Of a stretch of DNA of 64,000 nt, positions 1 to 9,779 are shown piece by piece. Every line of letters begins with the position of its first letter. Within the stretch, counting starts at the first letter, position 1. Location of the stretch: NCBI GenBank assembly GCA_964016885.1, contig OZ024761.1, positions 18,228,001 through 18,292,000 on the forward strand, given 5' to 3'. Source of the stretch: Eledone cirrhosa (taxonomy: Eukaryota). The translations under genes were made by a program, and so were the position numbers. The notes beneath the pieces were generated by a model. It searched no databases. It was not told where the DNA came from and worked only from the letters and a program-made list of their open reading frames with translations.

Positions 1-159
1 GAGATAATGAGAAGTGTTGGCTTGGTGGAGATTGATACAACTTTGGGTGATGTTACGAGGAGAGGCAAGGCTATGGAGAGTGTCTTAGTGGAAGAGATGA
101 CATCAGAGCAGTAACCTCCAAAGAGATGAAATTAGTGACTGAGATGCTATCATTGCATA

Positions 160-480
160 GTTAAGAATATATATAACAAACATATACTATAAATTTAACA
201 AGTCAAACTACAGTTATACTCTAACACGGAAGACAAATAAAACTTTACCTCTCTCATGCACGTCGTATCCAGTGTGTTGTTATAAGAAAACCGGTGAAAC
301 ACTAAATATGCCACCAGTGTAGCGATTTTATACTCTCTCTCTGCTTCATCGTACCACCCAGTAACATGAAACTGTGTTCAAATCCCTGGGAGGTAGAATT
401 TCGTCGCTTTAAAATAAACACACTGGGGTCAGTTTGAATATTGATTTCATGTGAAAAATATATACATATTATGATTGTAC
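160..480 (+). pseudogene. Orphan ORF family A, copy A1 (degenerate; present in every unit)
   Basis: Translates LRIYITNIYYKFNKSNYSYTLTRKTNK... then NR*NTKYATSVAIL after a frameshift. Aligns with A2 and A3; shared DNA motif ACCGGTG(A/T)AACACTAA. Confidence 0.45.
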
Positions 481-784
481 TCCGAACTATCAATATTGAA
501 ACAATTTTAATGTGCCAATAAAATTTATATATATCTATACAGCAACAGTGTTTTCGATCTTTCTTACTTTTTTTATTCACACTCTACAGTCACTTTAACT
601 CTGTAATAAAACCCAACACGAGACGAACGTTAACTGCAGTTACCCACGAAATTAACGCACACACAAATGAATATATATATATACTACTAAAATGTATGTA
701 AAATTAAAAAATAAATACTTAAATTCAATGTATGTATAATTACACATACAATACGTTTTGTTGTAAAACCCTAAATAATAATTT

Positions 785-1110
785 AAGAAATGATGTTAAT
801 CTCTTTGTACAGAGATAAACATTAATTTATGTGTGTGCGTATATACACCATTTAAGACAGCGAAAAAACCAGTACCTCCTTCGAAGAATGCCAAATAGTT
901 TATGCCTCAGGTATACCGGTGTAACACTAATTAAGTTACCGGTGTAGATATTTCAGTTGAACCGTGCTTCAACAAACTACCCGGTAATTTGAAATCGAGT
1001 TTAGAGTGAGGGGGTGTAAAACAGAATTCTGTTTGGAAAATAGTAAATTCTAAACCTGCTAGAAACAGCAGCCAAATGTCGCACTTTGGGTGCGACTCGT
1101 CTTACCTCTT
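785..1110 (+). pseudogene. Orphan ORF family A, copy A2 (degenerate)
   Basis: PFKTAKKPVPPSKNAK*FMPQVYRCNTN*VTGVDISVEPCFN..FEIEFRVRG..KPARNSSQMSHF with stops and frameshifts. DNA is clearly homologous to the reverse complement of 2520-2680. Confidence 0.5.
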
Positions 1111-1248
1111 CTAATATATATATGTGTGTGTGTGTGTGTGTAGATTCACAGGTCGCGTCGGAGAGAAACCACAATAAATACAATGTACTCAATAGATTGG
1201 CACAGTATATATGTGTGTGTGTGTACATATAAATATGTGTGTGTGTAT

Positions 1249-1279
<31 letters not shown>

Positions 1280-1402
1280 AATGTATATATACATATAAAT
1301 ACTTATATATATACATAAACATATGTATACATACACACATATATAGATATATATGTGTGTATATATATATATCTGTGTGTTTATTTCTCTATATATATAT
1401 AT

Positions 1403-1450
1403 AATTATTACTTAGGTTCTAAGGAATATTCCGCGAATGTAGGGGTTTAC
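1403..1450 (-). mobile_element. 5' terminal piece of a Tc1/mariner (pogo/Tigger-like) MITE; present in units 1, 2 and 6, deleted in units 3-5
   Basis: Reverse complement AGTAAACCCCTACATTCGCGGAATATTCCTTAGAACCTAAGTAATAATT matches the left end of the element at 63645-63992. Confidence 0.7.
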
Positions 1451-1462
1451 TCTCTCTCTCTC

Positions 1463-1510
<48 letters not shown>

Positions 1511-1517
1511 CATATAT

Positions 1518-1890
1518 ATTACTTTCACTGTTCTTTCTAGCATAAAAAAGAAAAACCGGAAGGGTAGAAAATTGAAAAACTTCTTCTTTTTCCCTCCTCT
1601 AACTTTTCAAACAAAAGATAATTTTATGTAAACAAAAACGAAATTTTTGCCAAGAAAGATAACTCTTCTCTGACTTAAATCCAAAATTGGGATACAAAAT
1701 AAATTCCGCAATTTTTTGTATCCCAATTTTGGATTTAAGTCAGAGAAGAGTTATCTTTCTTGGCAAAAATTTCGTTTTTGTTTACATAAAATTATCTTTT
1801 GTTTGAAAAGTTAGAGGAGGGAAAAAGAAGAAGTTTTTCAATTTTCTCCACTTCCGGCTTTTTCTAGTGTATGCTAGAAATAGCAGTCAA

Positions 1891-1896
<6 letters not shown>
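1518..1896. repeat. Long palindrome (hairpin), unit 1
   Basis: Perfect ~134 bp inverted arms at 1566-1699 and 1714-1847 around a short asymmetric spacer (TAAATTCCGCAATT), imperfect outer arms, flanked by (TG)n/(TA)n. Confidence 0.97.
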
Positions 1897-1943
<47 letters not shown>

Positions 1944-1964
1944 TTTCTTGTGACAATATATATT

Positions 1965-2171
1965 GTTTTAACGCTAGATTATTAACAACAATATATTGTA
2001 TTTGTTGGCCTATTGGACGCATAAGACGCTCACTCGATTTTTATTATATTTTACGTTGTATTTTGAGGTTTATAGGCATTTCTGTGGACCACCTACAATA
2101 TTCGCGGTTTTTCACTGTTCTCGGGTTCTCTAGGACTGTAAACCCCACGAATGCCGGGGGAGGGGTAATTG
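1965..2171 (+). mobile_element. 3' part of the same pogo/Tigger-like MITE (every full unit)
   Basis: GGACCACCTACAATATTCGCGGTTTTTCACTG...GGGGTAATTG-TA aligns with 63810-63992. Confidence 0.7.
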
Positions 2172-2499
2172 TATATGAATATATCGACTAATAATATACA
2201 GTATAATTATACGAGTATGCATATACATTGCAATATATATATACACTAATATATATACATATTTACACATATATGTACATATATATATATATAGACACAC
2301 ATGTATATATATATATGCATGTATGTATATATGTATACATATATATACATATATATATATATGCATGTATGTATATACATATATATATATATACATAGAC
2401 CATGTGTATGTGTGTGTGTGTGTGTGTACATTCTTAGGTATATACATATATATTTATACACACATACAAATATATATATTTCTATGAGTCACGGTTTAT

Positions 2500-2810
2500 T
2501 ACACATTGGAGACAGAGTGAGAGATTTAGCTGTCATTTTTAGCAGATTTAGAAACTTCGCAAACGCTTTATTTTTTTCTTATTGCCGGTACTCTGAACAC
2601 GATTTGAAATGACTGGAGTGAGTTTATAAAAGGGTAAACTGAAATAGTTGCACCGGTAATATATTTAGTGTTACACCGGTATTTTTGAAACAATCTCTTT
2701 TCGCATTCGCTTGTAAGAGGTAACGTTTTCTATGCCGTCTCTGTTAGTGTAGAACTGTAGGTTGACTTGCTTGGTTTTTACAACTCTTTGTCAACATGCA
2801 TATTATTATT
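2500..2810 (-). pseudogene. Orphan ORF family A, copy A3 (degenerate), directly downstream of the RT remnant
   Basis: Inverted homologue of A2. Its counterpart at 37520-37832 reads [71 protein letters not shown]. Confidence 0.5.
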
Positions 2811-2941
2811 ATATACTTACAAACACACTTACATATATATTTATACACATATAGGATTTTACTAAGTTTTTATTCTTTCTAATGTGAAGAGATAGAAATA
2901 AGTTTAAACTAAAGTATAACGATATAACAGTATATAATAGT

Positions 2942-3493
2942 TTTCTCCACTTTATTGAGATGCAAACGTTTTAAAGAAAAAACATGACAGTATAAGAAAT
3001 ATTTACTATCATAATATATAATATTTCAGGTAGTATGGTCGTTTCTCTTATCTTCCATCTAGTTGTAGATTCTTCATATCCTCTCTAGCCATAATTATGT
3101 CGTCGACATATGCATAAGTTTGATTTCTTCTTGAATGAATTGCAAATCTTGAGGTAGCCTTCTTGGTACATTTATTAGCTTTAATTCGTGTTTACACTGC
3201 TTGTAATAATTCTTACGTTTTTTACTTTGGATGAAACATATATATGAAAACGTCTGACTTTAGTATACCTTTAAGTTTGATTTCAATAGAAAAATACTTA
3301 CTGAACATGTGTAACACAATTATAACTGGAGCTACTAAGTTTCTAGCCACTAGAAAATCTATTTGATAGAAGTTATTTCCTAGTTCTATGCACTGTCAAT
3401 ATCCCCTCTACTTTTTATATGCTTGTTTGTTAAAGAAACATTCTCTGATTTAGAAACCACGATCTTCTCGCACCATCGTTGTAGTAATTCTTG
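2942..3493 (-). pseudogene. Degenerate Ty3/Gypsy-type reverse transcriptase core, unit 1
   Basis: Motifs in canonical order across frameshifts: QELLQ..IVVSKSENVS..KVEG; SKYFSIEIK; LINVP; YAYVDDIIMA (YVDD codons 3099-3110); LNKVEK. Confidence 0.65.
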
Positions 3494-3579
3494 TTAGATG
3501 TTTTGTCTGGTCTATTGTCAATAAGTGGCCTTGTTTTCTGATTATTAATAAAGTTAAGTGGTCTACTGAATTGTCTAAA

Positions 3580-4033
3580 TTATTGCCTATTTATAAGTTT
3601 TGTTTAACTGCCGATAACTTTAAAATCTATTTCTTAGGTTGCTAAGGCCTACAAACCTTATATCAGTGTCCCTTCTTTTGACACTTTCTACGAGTGAATC
3701 CTTAAATTGACATTTTATTTTGGGTTGTACTGCCTTATCCCACCTATAACAGCTTGAAGCAGATATAGTAAAAACAGGTACTTGACTGTGGAGATTGATA
3801 TGAGTTAGATTGAACAAACCTCAACAATTATATTCAACATAACAGAAGAAAAAGGAATTATAAGTAAAGTGCAAAATTAACGTTTAAAGACAAGAAAAGT
3901 ATTTCTCTTTCTCTCTGGCAAAATAAATCAGCTGTTTTTAGACCTGGAGGAGGGGAGGATTGACTCAGTCAGGTTTAAATGCCCACATGATGGTAATTAC
4001 GGCACCCCTACAACAACAGTTAAATGTCTATAA
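3580..4033 (+). pseudogene. Orphan ORF family B, copy B1 (degenerate)
   Basis: Diverged direct repeat of 4493-4938; begins LPIYKFCLTADNFKIYFLGC; contains stops and frameshifts. Confidence 0.4.
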
Positions 4034-4119
4034 CCACCACGCATTTATGAGACTAAAAACCTTGATAGTGTATTTTTATTTTGGTACAAAAGTTTTTTAA
4101 ATAATTTCATCAGTTTTAA

Positions 4120-5412
4120 TTCAAGTAAGTCCAATATAATGTATTTAAACGAATCTAGAGATAGGATTTCAATATCTGTCAGAGCTTATGAAATAGTAAA
4201 ACAATTTTTTTTTTTTTTTCTTCATTTATGTCAAATACCATGAGTTGTTCTTTATTAAATAAATGCTAAAATAGATTTAGTTAGTATGACTCTGAAATGT
4301 GTTCAGAAACGGTAATGTTATGTTTTCCTTAGAGCCTGTCTGTCTTACAGTATGTTTACACACAATACATATACATAAATTAATTGTTTATTAGCTATAT
4401 TCTTCTGTTTACACTCCTCGTAATGATTCGAGCGGTTTTGTTTTTGTTTTTTCTTCAGGAGAGACGTAGATAGAAAAACGTTTGTGGCTTTAGTATTGCT
4501 TATTTTTAAGTTTTGTTTAATTGCCGATAAATTTGAAATATATTTGTTAGGTTTCTTAGAACTACAAATCTTTCTTATGACACGTACTACGGAATAAATT
4601 CTTAGCTGGATACTTTACTTTGTGATTACTTTCCTCCCAAAGCCATAACAGCTTGAATCAGATGTAGCAAAAACTTGTGAAGACTGACATGAGTTATGTT
4701 GAATATAAGTGTAGACGTAAAATATTTTTGTTTATTCAATCTAAAGGGAAGGAGAAAGAATTTTAAGTCAAGTGCAAAATTAACGTTTAAAGGCATAAGA
4801 AAGGTATCTCGCTTTCTCTCCTGTAACATAAATAGGCTGTTTTTAGACCAGGAGGATGGGAGGATTGACTCAGTCAGATTTAAATGTACACATGACGGTA
4901 AATACGACAGCCCTACAACAACAGTTAAGTGTCTATAACAACCATGCATTTAAGAGACTGAAAACCTTACGAATTTGTTTATATTTTGGTACATGAAAAC
5001 AAAATTTAAAAACAAATTATATATTTAATTTCATGTAAGTCAAATACAATGTATTTAAATGAATCTACAGATGGAGTTGCAATATCTGCCAGGACTTTGA
5101 AATAGTGAAATATATAAAAATGTTTAATTAAAACTACTTTTCAAAGGAATAATAAAGATATATACACACACACACACATCTCTAGTGGAGATATTTCTGA
5201 GATTGGAAACCCTATCGATGTATGTATTTTGTCACTGTAAAGTTATCAAAAAATTATTATTATATATACATGTTTGCGTTTTTGACGTAAGTAAATTATG
5301 AGGTGTTCGATACCTGCCAGAGCTTATGAAATAGTAAAAGAATATTTTTCTCTTTTCAATTATGTCAAACATCGTATGTAGTTCTTTATTAAAGAAATGC
5401 TAAAATAGATTT
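4120..5412 (+). repeat. Three internal direct repeats of the CTG(C/T)CAG(A)G..TGAAATAGT.AAA module (~4120-4280, ~5030-5110, ~5310-5412)
   Basis: Directly visible. The first and third copies also share TTCTTTATTAAA.AAATGCTAAAATAGATTTA. Confidence 0.85.
4493..4938 (+). pseudogene. Orphan ORF family B, copy B2 (its 80-aa 3' ORF is open in all five full units)
   Basis: LLIFKFCLIADKFEIYLLG... then ORF 4696-4938 ...KLTFKGIRKVSRFLSCNINRLFLDQEDGRIDSVRFKCTHDGKYDSPTTTVKCL; recurs at 10978, 17201, 23373 and 29594. Confidence 0.4.
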
Positions 5413-5788
5413 AAATATATGAAATTTGCACAGTAGAATTACGGCCGCTTGGCGGGCGTCTGGTAAAGTGGTGGTAGTGTAGGTTCGAGCGGAGGGGGAA
5501 CTAGAAGGGTGGCTTCGAGATGATCGTGGCCCCGGGTATCCCAGAAGATAGAGACCAATATTTAAAATAAAAAAAATAAAAATGTTTTATATTTAAGATA
5601 AAGTAGAAGATCGAAACCCTATCTCCAAATCGATACACACTGAATTGATGCATAGATACACCACAACTATCCACACGGCTACCTACAGACCAACAAATAC
5701 GGAGTGAAAATAAACACATTTAAAGCTATTTTATTGTTAGACTAAAAATAAGTTTATATATGTAAATATTCAAAAGAAAATCACTTAA

Positions 5789-5872
5789 GTCTTTATAGTC
5801 TAGTGGTAAGACATAGGACTGGGGAATGCCGTAGTTGGATTTCGAATCAACTTAAAACATTAACTTTTTTTA
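5789..5872 (+). ncRNA. tRNA-like (pseudo-tRNA / Pol III) cassette in each unit
   Basis: A-box TAGTCTAGTGG within a perfect D-stem GTCT/AGAC, B-box-like ATTTCGAATC within a GTTG..CAAC stem, partial acceptor pairing and a downstream T-run. The anticodon arm pairs poorly. Confidence 0.45.
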
Positions 5873-7534
5873 TCCTCACACTGTAAGGAATTTGCTTGAT
5901 TTGAACACGTAGTCATACCATTTGAAGCTTTATTTTTCTCTTTCTAGTCGTAACACAGTCAGCATATAAATAAACGTGATTCACTTCAACACGTTGCCAT
6001 ACCATTTAAAACTTTATTTGGAGATGAGACAAAGACACATAAATACACCAAGTAGTAAACCCTTGATTGAACTTACTATGAAGATGAAGAATGTCTGTTA
6101 ATATCAAAGTGACGTTAAATTTAGGTGTCACTTTCATTGTTTTTAATTTACAGAAACACCTTAATATAATACAATGTACAAGATATATATATTAGAAGGA
6201 ATATTTTTTATTTTCTTGTTTCGTCAAACCTTGCGTTTATTCTACACACACACACGTCGAAACACTTGCTTAAGGTGGCTTTCTTAGAGATAATGAGAAG
6301 TGTTGGCTTGGTGGAGATTGATACAACTTTGGGTGATGTTACGAGGAGAGGCAAGGCTATGGAGAGTGTCTTAGTGGAAGAGATGACATCAGAGCAGTAA
6401 CCTCCAAAGAGATGAAATTAGTGACTGAGATGCTATCATTGCATAGTTAAGAATATATATAACAAACATATACTATAAATTTAACAAGTCAAACTACAGT
6501 TATACTCTAACACGGAAGACAAATAAAACTTTACCTCTCTCATGCACGTCGTATCCAGTGTGTTGTTATAAGAAAACCGGTGAAACACTAAATATGCCAC
6601 CAGTGTAGCGATTTTATACTCTCTCTCTGCTTCATCGTACCACCCAGTAACATGAAACTGTGTTCAAATCCCTGGGAGGTAGAATTTCGTCGCTTTAAAA
6701 TAAACACACTGGGGTCAGTTTGAATATTGATTTCATGTGAAAAATATATACATATTATGATTGTACTCCGAACTATCAATATTGAAACAATTTTAATGTG
6801 CCAATAAAATTTATATATATCTATACAGCAACAGTGTTTTCGATCTTTCTTACTTTTTTTATTCACACTCTACAGTCACTTTAACTCTGTAATAAAACCC
6901 AACACGAGACGAACGTTAACTGCAGTTACCCACGAAATTAACGCACACACAAATGAATATATATATATACTACTAAAATGTATGTAAAATTAAAAAATAA
7001 ATACTTAAATTCAATGTATGTATAATTACACATACAATACGTTTTGTTGTAAAACCCTAAATAATAATTTAAGAAATGATGTTAATCTCTTTGTACAGAG
7101 ATAAACATTAATTTATGTGTGTGCGTATATACACCATTTAAGACAGCGAAAAAACCAGTACCTCCTTCGAAGAATGCCAAATAGTTTATGCCTCAGGTAT
7201 ACCGGTGTAACACTAATTAAGTTACCGGTGTAGATATTTCAGTTGAACCGTGCTTCAACAAACTACCCGGTAATTTGAAATCGAGTTTAGAGTGAGGGGG
7301 TGTAAAACAGAATTCTGTTTGGAAAATAGTAAATTCTAAACCTGCTAGAAACAGCAGCCAAATGTCGCACTTTGGGTGCGACTCGTCTTACCTCTTCTAA
7401 TATATATATGTGTGTGTGTGTGTGTGTAGATTCACAGGTCGCGTCGGAGAGAAACCACAATAAATACAATGTACTCAATAGATTGGCACAGTATATATGT
7501 GTGTGTGTGTACATATAAATATGTGTGTGTGTAT

Positions 7535-7565
<31 letters not shown>

Positions 7566-7748
7566 AATGTATATATACATATAAATACTTATATATATAC
7601 ATAAACATATGTATACATACACACATATATAGATATATATGTGTGTATATATATATATCTGTGTGTTTATTTCTCTATATATATATATAATTATTACTTA
7701 GGTTCTAAGGAATATTCCGCGAATGTAGGGGTTTACTCTCTCTCTCTC

Positions 7749-7796
<48 letters not shown>

Positions 7797-7803
7797 CATA
7801 TAT

Positions 7804-8176
7804 ATTACTTTCACTGTTCTTTCTAGCATAAAAAAGAAAAACCGGAAGGGTAGAAAATTGAAAAACTTCTTCTTTTTCCCTCCTCTAACTTTTCAAACAA
7901 AAGATAATTTTATGTAAACAAAAACGAAATTTTTGCCAAGAAAGATAACTCTTCTCTGACTTAAATCCAAAATTGGGATACAAAATAAATTCCGCAATTT
8001 TTTGTATCCCAATTTTGGATTTAAGTCAGAGAAGAGTTATCTTTCTTGGCAAAAATTTCGTTTTTGTTTACATAAAATTATCTTTTGTTTGAAAAGTTAG
8101 AGGAGGGAAAAAGAAGAAGTTTTTCAATTTTCTCCACTTCCGGCTTTTTCTAGTGTATGCTAGAAATAGCAGTCAA

Positions 8177-8182
<6 letters not shown>
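7804..8182. repeat. Long palindrome, unit 2
   Basis: Same as the unit 1 hairpin, offset +6286. Confidence 0.97.
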
Positions 8183-8229
<47 letters not shown>

Positions 8230-9227
8230 TTTCTTGTGACAATATATATTGTTTTAACGCTAGATTATTAACAACAATATATTGTATTTGTTGGCCTATT
8301 GGACGCATAAGACGCTCACTCGATTTTTATTATATTTTACGTTGTATTTTGAGGTTTATAGGCATTTCTGTGGACCACCTACAATATTCGCGGTTTTTCA
8401 CTGTTCTCGGGTTCTCTAGGACTGTAAACCCCACGAATGCCGGGGGAGGGGTAATTGTATATGAATATATCGACTAATAATATACAGTATAATTATACGA
8501 GTATGCATATACATTGCAATATATATATACACTAATATATATACATATTTACACATATATGTACATATATATATATATAGACACACATGTATATATATAT
8601 ATGCATGTATGTATATATGTATACATATATATACATATATATATATATGCATGTATGTATATACATATATATATATATACATAGACCATGTGTATGTGTG
8701 TGTGTGTGTGTGTACATTCTTAGGTATATACATATATATTTATACACACATACAAATATATATATTTCTATGAGTCACGGTTTATTACACATTGGAGACA
8801 GAGTGAGAGATTTAGCTGTCATTTTTAGCAGATTTAGAAACTTCGCAAACGCTTTATTTTTTTCTTATTGCCGGTACTCTGAACACGATTTGAAATGACT
8901 GGAGTGAGTTTATAAAAGGGTAAACTGAAATAGTTGCACCGGTAATATATTTAGTGTTACACCGGTATTTTTGAAACAATCTCTTTTCGCATTCGCTTGT
9001 AAGAGGTAACGTTTTCTATGCCGTCTCTGTTAGTGTAGAACTGTAGGTTGACTTGCTTGGTTTTTACAACTCTTTGTCAACATGCATATTATTATTATAT
9101 ACTTACAAACACACTTACATATATATTTATACACATATAGGATTTTACTAAGTTTTTATTCTTTCTAATGTGAAGAGATAGAAATAAGTTTAAACTAAAG
9201 TATAACGATATAACAGTATATAATAGT

Positions 9228-9779
9228 TTTCTCCACTTTATTGAGATGCAAACGTTTTAAAGAAAAAACATGACAGTATAAGAAATATTTACTATCATAA
9301 TATATAATATTTCAGGTAGTATGGTCGTTTCTCTTATCTTCCATCTAGTTGTAGATTCTTCATATCCTCTCTAGCCATAATTATGTCGTCGACATATGCA
9401 TAAGTTTGATTTCTTCTTGAATGAATTGCAAATCTTGAGGTAGCCTTCTTGGTACATTTATTAGCTTTAATTCGTGTTTACACTGCTTGTAATAATTCTT
9501 ACGTTTTTTACTTTGGATGAAACATATATATGAAAACGTCTGACTTTAGTATACCTTTAAGTTTGATTTCAATAGAAAAATACTTACTGAACATGTGTAA
9601 CACAATTATAACTGGAGCTACTAAGTTTCTAGCCACTAGAAAATCTATTTGATAGAAGTTATTTCCTAGTTCTATGCACTGTCAATATCCCCTCTACTTT
9701 TTATATGCTTGTTTGTTAAAGAAACATTCTCTGATTTAGAAACCACGATCTTCTCGCACCATCGTTGTAGTAATTCTTG
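9228..9779 (-). pseudogene. Degenerate Gypsy-type RT core, unit 2
   Basis: Copy of 2942-3493; YVDD at 9385-9396. Confidence 0.65.

Noticed and set aside
302-580. Recurrent 92-aa minus-strand ORF (MNKKSKKDRKHCCC...)
   Set aside because: It is antisense to family A copy A1 and frameshifted in several units; it recurs only because the DNA is duplicated.
1001-2612. YI/CV/HT-rich ORFs here and throughout the window (e.g. 53022-55412, 59220-60577)
   Set aside because: Translations of (TA)n, (TG)n, (GA)n and trinucleotide repeats, not genes.
4696-4938. Family B as a second RT copy (LTFKGIRKV..KINRLF resembles motif B')
   Set aside because: No YxDD or other RT motifs at the expected spacing.
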